From an uncultured Anaerolineae bacterium (GTDB taxonomy: Bacteria; Chloroflexota; Anaerolineae; VGOG01), in the NCBI GenBank assembly GCA_964625745.1, contig CAZVCJ010000004.1, positions 1,289 through 65,288 of the forward strand: 64,000 bases of DNA, given 5' to 3'. Shown in pieces: positions 54,995 to 63,373 of this stretch. The position numbers and the translations under genes were made by a program. The notes under the pieces were generated by a model. It did not search any database and was not told where the DNA came from. It saw only the letters and a list, made by a program, of their open reading frames with translations. Position 1 is the stretch's first letter; each line of letters begins with the position of its first letter.

Positions 54995-55188
54995 TTCCTT
55001 TCCTCCTCTTTTTGAATGACCACCGTTTTTTGGAGCACCATTTGGGCTCCCCGCTATTCCTCAATTCGATCACTTGCCTAAACGTTCATACTCTCCCTCC
55101 TAATCAGTTCCACATGCCTCGGCAAATCCTCGCCCCTGGCCCAGGCTGCTTGGCTTTAGCCGGGCAGCTCCATTGCCCAATTCACATT

Positions 55189-55560
55189 CTACGACCTGAA
55201 TTCCTGCAGGAAGCGAATGGTGTTGCGTATCTCATCAGCAGGCAGGGTGTTAAGCAGATTCAGTGTGCAGCACAGCAACTCGCCAAACTGACGACCGGTT
55301 AGGTGGACGGAGACAATAATGCCGGAGTGTTCTTTCCCAGCCTCGTACCATTCACGGGCATAGCGCACAAAATCCTTGATGTTGAAGGTCAGAAAGGCCC
55401 GTCCTTCGGCGGCAGCGTAATCCAATTGTTCCTCATCGGACAAGCCCATTCTACCGACTTCCTGAACGGCCACAGCATCAAAACCCCGCCGTCGCAGAGC
55501 AGCAGCCAGTTGAGGCCCTTTGGAGACATCCTCGTCAATGAGCAAGCGAATCTTGGCCAA
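55189..55560 (-). CDS. DUF5615 family PIN-like toxin candidate
   Basis: 123 aa: RLLIDEDVSKGPQLAAALRRRGFDAVAVQEVGRMGLSDEEQL..AAAEGRAFLTFNIKDF. Confidence 0.75.
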   Translation of the reverse strand: MAKIRLLIDEDVSKGPQLAAALRRRGFDAVAVQEVGRMGLSDEEQLDYAAAEGRAFLTFNIKDFVRYAREWYEAGKEHSGIIVSVHLTGRQFGELLCCTLNLLNTLPADEIRNTIRFLQEFRS

Positions 55561-55569
55561 GGTCTTACC

Positions 55570-56163
55570 TCATGGTCTGGCTGGAAGCAACTGACCTTTT
55601 GCACCGATCTTAAGGCTATGTTTCTCCATTACACGCTCCAGGCGATTCTCCTCGATGAGCGCCTCTATCTCCTCCTGATGGTCCAGGTAAAAACTGATGG
55701 CATCAAAAACGCCAGCAGGAGGTAGGTGGGGATAGGCTTCCAGAATTTCATCGAGTGTCTCGCTGGCCTTGTAATGCAACACGATGGCGCGCACCGGCAC
55801 GCGCGTTCCCTTGATGATCGGTTCGCCACCGGCAATGCCAGGCACGCGAACAATGTAAGGATGTTCCGTGGGCCTTGTTTCTAACTCAGCTACAAGCGGG
55901 CTTGCCTTTCCCATGATGCTCGTCTCCGTATCCACTTCGCCACGCTTATACTCCGCTCTCGCTTCCCTGATACTGGCCAAGTATTCGGGGTCGGACGACT
56001 CGCTGACGGTCTCCATCAAGTTCTCGAAGTCATCAGCACTTAGCAACACAACTATGGGGAGACCATCCTTCTCAATGAGCAGGCGATCTTTGCTGCGCCA
56101 TATCTCCTCAGCCAGTCGTTCAAAATCCATCTTGGCTTGTTCAAGACCGATCATCTTTATCAT
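55570..56163 (-). CDS. antitoxin candidate: Phd/YefM-like N-terminal domain fused to DUF433
   Basis: The ORF track starts at 56238, inside a heptamer array. ATG 56163 follows GAGGAGGA. N-terminal: ...LLIEKDGLPIVVLLSADDFENLMETV. C-terminal: IAGGEPIIKGTRVPVRAIV..Y.....EILEAYPHL. Confidence 0.7.
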   Translation of the reverse strand: MIKMIGLEQAKMDFERLAEEIWRSKDRLLIEKDGLPIVVLLSADDFENLMETVSESSDPEYLASIREARAEYKRGEVDTETSIMGKASPLVAELETRPTEHPYIVRVPGIAGGEPIIKGTRVPVRAIVLHYKASETLDEILEAYPHLPPAGVFDAISFYLDHQEEIEALIEENRLERVMEKHSLKIGAKGQLLPARP

Positions 56164-56177
56164 CTCATCCTCCTCTT

Positions 56178-56261
56178 CTGGAAGTTGGAAGCTGGAAAGT
56201 GGAAATTGGAGAACCAATCTCCAATATCCAATATCCAATATCTAACCTCCAGCTTCTCAGT
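56178..56261. repeat. period-7 array of 12 units with a strand switch at ~56213 (NTGGAAR x5, then TCCAATA-type x7): a long imperfect palindrome at a gene junction
   Basis: Units: ctggaag ttggaag ctggaaa gtggaaa ttggaga accaatc tccaata tccaata tccaata tctaacc tccagct tctcagt. Followed by tcagtgtt x2, which encodes the last residues of ORF 56257-57411. Confidence 0.9.
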
Positions 56262-57411
56262 GTTTCAGTGTTTCCACATGCCTCGCCAAATCCTCCCCCC
56301 TGGCCCAGGCTGTCTCCACCAGGGCGTACAAGCCGCCGGAGACCAGGGAGTGGCCGCCCAGGACGATGGGGATGGGAGCTGCGATGGCCGCCTGGGTGAA
56401 GCGGCGCACCCAGGGGTCGCTGATTTTCTCCGGCTGGCGCAGGTCGGAGTAGAAACGGTCGGCAGCGGAGGGCCAGATTTGCCGATGGGCAAAGAGGACA
56501 CGGCTGTCCAGAAAGGCGGCCCGGCTCATCTCCGCCAGGGTAGCGAAGAATCTCTCCAGTCCCACTTCCTCCAGATAGAATCCCAACAGGGACAGAGCCT
56601 CTCCCCGCGCCTGACGGCCACTGGCGCGCATGCCCCGCTCTTCTGAGAACAGGCGCACCCGGCAGGCTGTCTCGGACTCCAGGTAAGCCCAGGTCGAGGC
56701 CGACACTCGCCCTGCCACCAGAACTTCAGCCTCACGGTCGGTGAACAACTTCAGCGCCAGCTCGATGTGAGAAGTATCTAGCTCCAGGCTGTCCAGGTAG
56801 CGTCGGGTATGGGCACCTACGCCGGGATGGGGCTTCAGAGTCATCAGGTCACTGGGGGTGTCAACGTCCAACTGAGTAGCAGCGTTGCGGGGCAGTTCCT
56901 TACACGGCAGGTCGGCCCTCTTCACCAAGCGCCAGGCGAGATCGTTGTCAAGGGTGAGGGTCAAGGACTCTATCGAATTGATGGCTTCAGCAGGGGCAAA
57001 GGCGGCGAAGTCGGTGGAGTAAAAATTGTTAGCGATGACGAGCTCGTCAGCGGAGAGGAGGGTTTCGGCGATGCGGCCCATTTCCTTGGTGGAGAGCAGG
57101 GCGCCGCTTCCCCCTCCTATGTAGAAGACTTTGTCTATGTCATTCTTGTTGATCAGTTCGTGCAACCGCCGCCCAAAGTGGAATTCCTCTCCGGGTTTCC
57201 CCAGTTCGATGTGCACTGGCTTTCCTTGTAGCTTCTCGGCCAGGGAAGCGGAATTGGTGGCCAGCACGATGGGGCCGATGGCTTCGACGGCGAGAGCCCT
57301 CTCAATGGTGTCGAGGGTGATGGCCTGGCGAGCCAGGGCCACCATCCTCTCCACCTCGCTCCTCTCGCTGGAGCCTGTCATGATCACCAGGGACACCTTC
57401 GAACCGGGCAT
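56257..57411 (-). CDS. hypothetical protein; the N-terminal half resembles a MobA/CofC-like nucleotidyltransferase fold
   Basis: 384 aa. VFYIGGGSG..., QLDVDTPSDL. The C-terminal ~190 aa is not recognised. Confidence 0.55.
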   Translation of the reverse strand: MPGSKVSLVIMTGSSERSEVERMVALARQAITLDTIERALAVEAIGPIVLATNSASLAEKLQGKPVHIELGKPGEEFHFGRRLHELINKNDIDKVFYIGGGSGALLSTKEMGRIAETLLSADELVIANNFYSTDFAAFAPAEAINSIESLTLTLDNDLAWRLVKRADLPCKELPRNAATQLDVDTPSDLMTLKPHPGVGAHTRRYLDSLELDTSHIELALKLFTDREAEVLVAGRVSASTWAYLESETACRVRLFSEERGMRASGRQARGEALSLLGFYLEEVGLERFFATLAEMSRAAFLDSRVLFAHRQIWPSAADRFYSDLRQPEKISDPWVRRFTQAAIAAPIPIVLGGHSLVSGGLYALVETAWARGEDLARHVETLKH

Positions 57412-57430
57412 ATCGAGCTCACCTAATCTT

Positions 57431-57465
57431 GGGGGATGTTGGATATTGGGTATTAGAGATTATAG
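57431..57465. repeat. intergenic period-7 array (TTGGATA type, 5 units)
   Basis: Units: gggggat gttggat attgggt attagag attatag. Confidence 0.85.
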
Positions 57466-57495
57466 ACCGCGCCCCGCTTTTTGTCAAAAGGTGAA

Positions 57496-58686
57496 CTATT
57501 GGGTTGTCTCGGTGAGAGGATGCACAGCCACGACCTGCCCGTCTTCGAGGTAGACCCTGGTCACCCGCGGCAGGATGCTGGTGGTCACTTCGTAGTTGAT
57601 GGTTTCGGCCCAGGCAGCCACTTCCTCAGCGCTGATCGCGTCGTTGCCTTGCCGCCCCAGGAGCACCACTTCGTCATCCTGCTGCACGTCGGGGATGTGG
57701 CTGGCTTTCACCACAAACTGATCCATGCAGATCCGTCCTACGATGGGGGCGCGCCGGCCATGGATGAGCACCTGCCCTCTGTTGGAGAGAAGGCGATGGT
57801 AGCCGTCGCCGTAGCCGACGGGCACCAGGGCCACGCGGGTAGGCTCGCTGGTGGTATAGGTGCAGCCGTAGCTGATGCAGGAGCCAGTGGGGAGGGTACG
57901 CACTCGGGCCACCCGGCTCTTGAGGGTCATGGCCGGGCGCAGGGGGATGGTCGGCTTCTCTTCACTTGAAGGACGCAGGCCATAGAGGGCAATGCCGCAG
58001 CGCACCATGTCCAGGTGTGTCTGCGGCAGGGTCAGAGTAGCTGCACTGTTGGCCACGTGTTTGATAGGGATGATGAAACCCGCTCCCTCTAGTTTCTTCA
58101 CCACTTCGAGGTAGGTCTGAAACTGTTGAAAGGTGTATGCCTTGTCCGCCGCGTCGGCCATGGCGAAGTGGGTGTAGATGCCCTCCAGGATGAGGCCGGG
58201 CAGTTCGGATATGGCCTGGACGAAGTCTGCCACTTCATCAGGCAGCAGCCCGAAGCGACCCAATCCCGTGTCCACCTTGACGTGGATAGGGAGCACTTTC
58301 CCTTGATGAAGAGCTGCGGCAGAGAGGGCCTGGGCCTGTTCGGGGGTATTCACGGTGGGGGTTAAATCCCAGCGGACGATGGTTTCCGCCTGGGCTGGCA
58401 GAGTGTAGCCCATGATCAAAACGGGAGCCGTGATCCCCGCTTGTCGCAACTGGACGCCCTCCAGAGTGCGATGCACCGCCAGGCGGCTGGCCCCATTATC
58501 CAGGGCCGCCTCAGCTACCGGTACCGCGCCATGGCCGTAGCCGTTGGCCTTGACCACGGCCATCAACTCTGTCTTCTCCCCAATGAGTCGCTTGAGCTCT
58601 CGTGCATTATGAGCGATGGCGTCCAGGTCTATCTCGGCCCAGGTCAGGCTGACGTTTGACGTTTCACGTTTGACGTTTACATCCAT
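57496..58686 (-). CDS. alr: alanine racemase
   Basis: 396 aa. WAEIDLDAIAHN, AVVKANGYGHG (PLP lysine), YGLRP, GYGDGY. N-terminal 12 residues are encoded by a heptamer array. Confidence 0.92.
   Translation of the reverse strand: MDVNVKRETSNVSLTWAEIDLDAIAHNARELKRLIGEKTELMAVVKANGYGHGAVPVAEAALDNGASRLAVHRTLEGVQLRQAGITAPVLIMGYTLPAQAETIVRWDLTPTVNTPEQAQALSAAALHQGKVLPIHVKVDTGLGRFGLLPDEVADFVQAISELPGLILEGIYTHFAMADAADKAYTFQQFQTYLEVVKKLEGAGFIIPIKHVANSAATLTLPQTHLDMVRCGIALYGLRPSSEEKPTIPLRPAMTLKSRVARVRTLPTGSCISYGCTYTTSEPTRVALVPVGYGDGYHRLLSNRGQVLIHGRRAPIVGRICMDQFVVKASHIPDVQQDDEVVLLGRQGNDAISAEEVAAWAETINYEVTTSILPRVTRVYLEDGQVVAVHPLTETTQ
58651..58678. repeat. period-7 array (GACGTTT x4) forming codons 3-12 of alr
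   Basis: Units: gacgttt gacgttt cacgttt gacgttt. Peptide: MDVNVKRETSNVS. Confidence 0.9.
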
Positions 58687-58689
58687 CCC

Positions 58690-60069
58690 TCACCTCTCAG
58701 AAAAGGGTTTTCGCTCCACGAACTTGCCCGCTCCCACCTGGCCCACGAACTCGTTGTCTCTGACGATGACCTTGCCGCGAGCGATAGTCATCACGGGATA
58801 GCCTCTGACCGTGACGTGTTCGTAGGAGCTGTAGTCTACATTCATGTGCAGGTTCTCTGTGGTCAGGATGCGCTCCTGGTGGGGATCGAAGATCACGATG
58901 TCAGCATCGGAGCCAACGGCGATGGCGCCCTTGCGAGGCGAAAGGCCAAACAGCCTGGCGGGAGCGGTGGACACCAATTCAACGAATCTGTTGATGGAAA
59001 AACGACCTTGGTTTACGCCGAAGTGATAGATGAGAGGCAAACGGGTCTCTATGCCCGGCGCGCCGTTGGGGATTTGGGTGAAGTCGTCCCGGCCTCGTTG
59101 CTTATGAGTGGCGAAGTTCCAGGGGCAATGATCGGTGGAGATGGTCTGTAGGGTGCCGGCAGCCAGGGCTTGCCAAAGGGGTTCCCAATTGGACTTGTCC
59201 CTGAGCGGCGGTGAGAGCACGAACTTCGCTCCCTCGAAGCCGGGCCGTTCGTACTCGTCCTCCGAGAGGATCAAGTGCTGGGTGCACACCTCGCCGTAGA
59301 CGCGCTGCCCCTGGGCCCGGTGTCTTCGTACAACCTCCAAAGACTCCCGGCAGGTCAGATGTGCCAGGTAGACGGGGCACTTCGTGAGGCGAGCCAGAGC
59401 GATGACCCGGTTGGTTGCCTCAGCTTCGGCCAGAGGAGGCCGGCTGCAGGGGTGATAGCGAGGGCCAGTCTTGCCCTCAGCCAGCAACTTCTGCTTGAGA
59501 TACTCGATCACCCAGTGGTTTTCGGCGTGTACGATGGGGAGGACACCGCAGGCAGCGGCTACGGCCATGAGGTCTAGGATCTGGTCATCATTCACCATCA
59601 GGGCCGGGTAGGTGGTGTACAGTTTGAGGCTAGTGTAGCCAGCGGCAGCCAGTTCTTTGATTTCAGCCAGGGTTTCGGGGCGAGCGTTGGTGGCCGTCAG
59701 GTGCAGGCCGTAGTCAATGGCTGTGCGTCCATCGGCCTGCGAGCGCCGCTCGGCCACTGCCTGATGTAGGCTCTGGCCTGGCTTGGGGTCAATAAAATCA
59801 ATGACTGTGGTCGTGCCCCCACAGGCGGCGGCGATAGTGCCCGTGGTGAAGTCGTCGCTGGAGGTGATGTCGCCAATGGTCATCTCCAGGTGAACGTGGA
59901 CGTCAACGCCCCCCGGCATGACGTACTTATCGGTTGCATCAATCACCTCGTCGCCCTCTAGCCTGTGCCCGATGAGAGCGATGACGCCATCCTTGATTCC
60001 GACATCGGCCTGATAGGTCTCGGTAGCGGTGACGATTGTGCCGTTTCGGATAACCAGGTCCATTTTCAT
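58690..60069 (-). CDS. dihydropyrimidinase / D-hydantoinase family cyclic amidohydrolase
   Basis: 459 aa. PGGVDVHVHL, SLKLYTTY (carboxylated-Lys context), VHAEN, STDHCP. Confidence 0.88.
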   Translation of the reverse strand: MKMDLVIRNGTIVTATETYQADVGIKDGVIALIGHRLEGDEVIDATDKYVMPGGVDVHVHLEMTIGDITSSDDFTTGTIAAACGGTTTVIDFIDPKPGQSLHQAVAERRSQADGRTAIDYGLHLTATNARPETLAEIKELAAAGYTSLKLYTTYPALMVNDDQILDLMAVAAACGVLPIVHAENHWVIEYLKQKLLAEGKTGPRYHPCSRPPLAEAEATNRVIALARLTKCPVYLAHLTCRESLEVVRRHRAQGQRVYGEVCTQHLILSEDEYERPGFEGAKFVLSPPLRDKSNWEPLWQALAAGTLQTISTDHCPWNFATHKQRGRDDFTQIPNGAPGIETRLPLIYHFGVNQGRFSINRFVELVSTAPARLFGLSPRKGAIAVGSDADIVIFDPHQERILTTENLHMNVDYSSYEHVTVRGYPVMTIARGKVIVRDNEFVGQVGAGKFVERKPFSER

Positions 60070-60092
60070 GATAGCACGGGTGCAGACCCCCG

Positions 60093-61433
60093 TTACGCAA
60101 GGTTATGCTTCTCGATGAAATCCTCCAGCACTTCGGTCAGGTTGGGCCGTCCGATTTCCTGCAGGTTATAGTAAACGCGCGTGGAGGGCTTATTGATCTT
60201 GATAAATCGCCCCAGATCAATTGGCGTGCCGATGACCACCGCATCACATTCGGTGTTGTTGATCGTGGCCTCCAGGTCTCTTAGCTGCTGCTCGCCATAC
60301 CCCATGGCCGGCAAGACAGTTCCAATCTCCGGATAAGTCTCGAAGGTTTCGGACAGCCTACCCACCGTGTACGGTCGCGGGTCAACCAAGCCTGCCGCAC
60401 CAAATCTCCGGGCGGCAACTACCCCCGCGCCGATCTTCATCTCTCCATGGGTGAGGGTCGGACCGTCTTCGACTGCCAGCACCTTCTTGCCCCTGACTAC
60501 AGCCGGATCATCTATGTCGAGGGTCGAGGCAGCATGTATGACAACCGCCTCGGGGTTCACGGCGGCGATATTCTTCCGCACGGTCTCGATACCGGCAGCA
60601 TCCGCACTGTCTACCTTGTTGATGACCACCACATCGGCAATTCTTAGAGTTACCTCGCCCGGATAATAACGCAGTTCGTGACCTGGACGATGTGGATCGA
60701 CGATTGTCACTTGCAGGTCGGGTGCGTAGAACGAAAATTCATTGTTACCACCATCCCAGAGAATCACGTCACAGCCGTCCGGGTCGTTTTCGGCCTCTCT
60801 AAGAATGGCCTCATAATCTACGCCGGCATAGACGACATTGCCGTGAACAATGTGAGGCTCATACTCTTCCATCTCCTCTATAGTGCATTTGTGCTTTTCC
60901 AGATCGGACAACTCCGCGTAACGCTGCACCTTCTGGGCGACGAGGTCACCATAAGGCATGGGGTGGCGGACGACCACGACCTTCATGCCCTTCTCCTTCA
61001 ATATCTCAGTGATCCTCCGTGAGGTTTGGCTTTTGCCGCAACCGGTTCGGACCGCCCCCACTGCAATGACCGGTTTGGAACTCCTGAGCATGGTATCCTT
61101 GGGGCCCAGTAACACAAAACTGGCGCCCGCCGCTTCCACGATGGCGCTGACGGACATGACATGCTGGTATGAAACATCGCTGTAAGCGAAGTTGCACTCG
61201 TCCACGTGCAGATCTTCAATCAGCCTGGGAAGGTCTTCTTCTGGATAAATCGGGATGCCTTCCGGATAGAGTTGGCCGGCCAATTCGGGCGGGTATCCTC
61301 GGCCCGCGATGTCCGGGATTTGGGTCGCAGTGAAAGCAACGACGTTATAGGCCTCGTTGCCGCGGTAATAGACGTTGAAGTTGTGGAAATCTCTTCCCGC
61401 GGCGCCGATGATGATCACAGTCCTCTTCGACAT
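60093..61433 (-). CDS. COG2403-like protein (cyclic 2,3-diphosphoglycerate synthetase-like / predicted P-loop NTPase)
   Basis: 446 aa. VIIIGAAGRDFHNFN, VGAVRTGCGKSQTS (P-loop). Family recognised from memory only. Confidence 0.6.
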   Translation of the reverse strand: MSKRTVIIIGAAGRDFHNFNVYYRGNEAYNVVAFTATQIPDIAGRGYPPELAGQLYPEGIPIYPEEDLPRLIEDLHVDECNFAYSDVSYQHVMSVSAIVEAAGASFVLLGPKDTMLRSSKPVIAVGAVRTGCGKSQTSRRITEILKEKGMKVVVVRHPMPYGDLVAQKVQRYAELSDLEKHKCTIEEMEEYEPHIVHGNVVYAGVDYEAILREAENDPDGCDVILWDGGNNEFSFYAPDLQVTIVDPHRPGHELRYYPGEVTLRIADVVVINKVDSADAAGIETVRKNIAAVNPEAVVIHAASTLDIDDPAVVRGKKVLAVEDGPTLTHGEMKIGAGVVAARRFGAAGLVDPRPYTVGRLSETFETYPEIGTVLPAMGYGEQQLRDLEATINNTECDAVVIGTPIDLGRFIKINKPSTRVYYNLQEIGRPNLTEVLEDFIEKHNLA

Positions 61434-61463
61434 GATCTTCCCCCTTTTTCTTTTTGAAGTTGA

Positions 61464-62465
61464 CTAGCTCCCTAGCGTTGCCACCATCACGGCTTTGATG
61501 GTGTGAACTCTATTCTCAGCTTCGTCAAAGACGATGGAGGCCGGCGACTCGAATACCTCTTCGGTCACTTCCATCGCCTCCAGTTCGAATCTCTGGTAAA
61601 TGTCTTCACCGATAACCGTTTCACGATTATGAAAGGCCGGGAGACAATGCATGAACTTGACATTAGCATTGCCGGTCTTCTCCATTGCCTGTTCGTTGAC
61701 CTGGTACGGCCTTAGCAGATTGATCCTTTCTTGCCAGACCTCCTCTGGTTCCCCCATGGAGACCCAGACGTCCGTGCACAGGAAATCGCAATCCTTGACA
61801 CCGCTGTCCAAATCATCGGTGAGGGTGATTTTCGCTCCGGTCTGCCTGGCGATCTCCTGGGCTTTGGCGACCAGCTCCGGGTGCGGCTGAACGCTCCTGG
61901 GAGCCACGGATCGAAAATCCATTCCCATTTTGGCCGCCCCCACCAACAGCGAATTGCCCATGTTGTTGCGGGCATCGCCCAGGTAGGCAAACTTGACCTG
62001 GCTGAGCGGCTTGTCGCTGTGCTCCATCATGGTCAATAAATCAGCCAGCACCTGGGTGGGATGAAACTCGTTGGTCAGGCCGTTCCACACGGGCACTCCG
62101 GCAAATTGGGCCAGTATTTCCACCCTTTCTTGCCCAAAGCCCCGGTATTCGATCCCGTCGTACATCCTGCCCAGGACCCTGGCCGTGTCTTTCATGGTCT
62201 CTTTTGTGCCCAACTGGGAGCCCGTCGGTCCCAGGTAAGTCACGTGCGCTCCCTGATCGTAGGCTGCCGTTTCAAAAGCGCAGCGTGTTCGGGTCGAGGC
62301 TTTCTCAAAAATGAGCGCTATGTTCTTTCCCCTCAATCTCGGCTGCTCAGTTCCGGCGTATTTTGCCTTCTTCAGATCCGCAGAGAGGTTGAGCAGGAAC
62401 TGGATCTCGTTGGGAGTGAAGTCCAACAGAGTCAGAAAATGTCTGTTCCTTAGATTGAAAGCCAT
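61464..62465 (-). CDS. argF: ornithine carbamoyltransferase (ArgI/ArcB-like)
   Basis: STRTR, HPTQ, DVWVSMG and HCLP motifs. Collinear with E. coli ArgI as I recall it. The ORF track starts at 62504; ATG 62465 follows GGAGGGG. Confidence 0.92.
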   Translation of the reverse strand: MAFNLRNRHFLTLLDFTPNEIQFLLNLSADLKKAKYAGTEQPRLRGKNIALIFEKASTRTRCAFETAAYDQGAHVTYLGPTGSQLGTKETMKDTARVLGRMYDGIEYRGFGQERVEILAQFAGVPVWNGLTNEFHPTQVLADLLTMMEHSDKPLSQVKFAYLGDARNNMGNSLLVGAAKMGMDFRSVAPRSVQPHPELVAKAQEIARQTGAKITLTDDLDSGVKDCDFLCTDVWVSMGEPEEVWQERINLLRPYQVNEQAMEKTGNANVKFMHCLPAFHNRETVIGEDIYQRFELEAMEVTEEVFESPASIVFDEAENRVHTIKAVMVATLGS

Positions 62466-62659
62466 TTTTCCCCTCCAATTTGTTTGGGTATTTGATACAT
62501 TCAAAAATTTCCCTGTCAGATCTTTCGAGATGCAATCCGAGGCGTTGTTGCCTTTCGGAAAGTAAAAGATAAGCAGGGAGATTACTATCTCATAAGCGAC
62601 GAGGTTGTCAAGCAGGCATTTCTCGCTGACTGTTTCAAACAGGGAAATTCATGGTTCGA

Positions 62660-63373
62660 TCATCCTCCCAGGTAAGCTCTCTTTACCTGTGGGTTTTCGG
62701 CCAGTTCCTCGGAGCTTCCTTCCAACACCACGTTTCCAGTCTCCAACACGTAGCCCCGCTGGGCGAAGCGCAGGGCCATGCGTGCGTTCTGCTCCACGAG
62801 AAGAATGGTCGTCCCTTCCTGGTTGATGTCTTTTAGCGCATCGAACAGGCTCATCATCAGCACAGGGGCTAACCCCATGGAGGGCTCGTCCAGGAGCATC
62901 ATCTTCCTTCCGCTCATGAGGGCCCTTCCGACGGCCAGCATCTGCTGCTCCCCGCCGCTCAGGGTGCCCGCCTTCTGGGTCTCCCTTTCTGCCAGGCGTG
63001 GGAAGAGGGAGAACACCAGGTCAAGATCTTGCTCGATCTGTTGGCCATCCTTGCGCGCGAAGGTGGCCAGCTTCAGATTCTCCATGACGGTCAGGTTGCC
63101 GAAAAGGCGTCTTCCCTCAGGGACGTGGGAGATGCCGAGTTCACTGACCACCTTGTCGGCGGGGTAATGGGACAGATTATTCCCCATGTAGGTCATCTTG
63201 CTCCCTGATTCGGCGGGGACCAGACGGGAGATTGCCCGCAAGGTGGTGCTCTTGCCGGCCCCATTGGCCCCGATGATGCACACGATCTCTCCCTCATCAA
63301 CCTGGAAGCTTATGCCGTGGAGGGCTCTGATCCCCTCATAGGAAACCCTCAGATTCTCAACTGATAGCAGCAT
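62660..63373 (-). CDS. livF: branched-chain amino acid ABC transporter ATP-binding protein
   Basis: 237 aa. GANGAGKST, LSGGEQQML, LLDEPSMGLAP. Confidence 0.9.
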   Translation of the reverse strand: MLLSVENLRVSYEGIRALHGISFQVDEGEIVCIIGANGAGKSTTLRAISRLVPAESGSKMTYMGNNLSHYPADKVVSELGISHVPEGRRLFGNLTVMENLKLATFARKDGQQIEQDLDLVFSLFPRLAERETQKAGTLSGGEQQMLAVGRALMSGRKMMLLDEPSMGLAPVLMMSLFDALKDINQEGTTILLVEQNARMALRFAQRGYVLETGNVVLEGSSEELAENPQVKRAYLGG

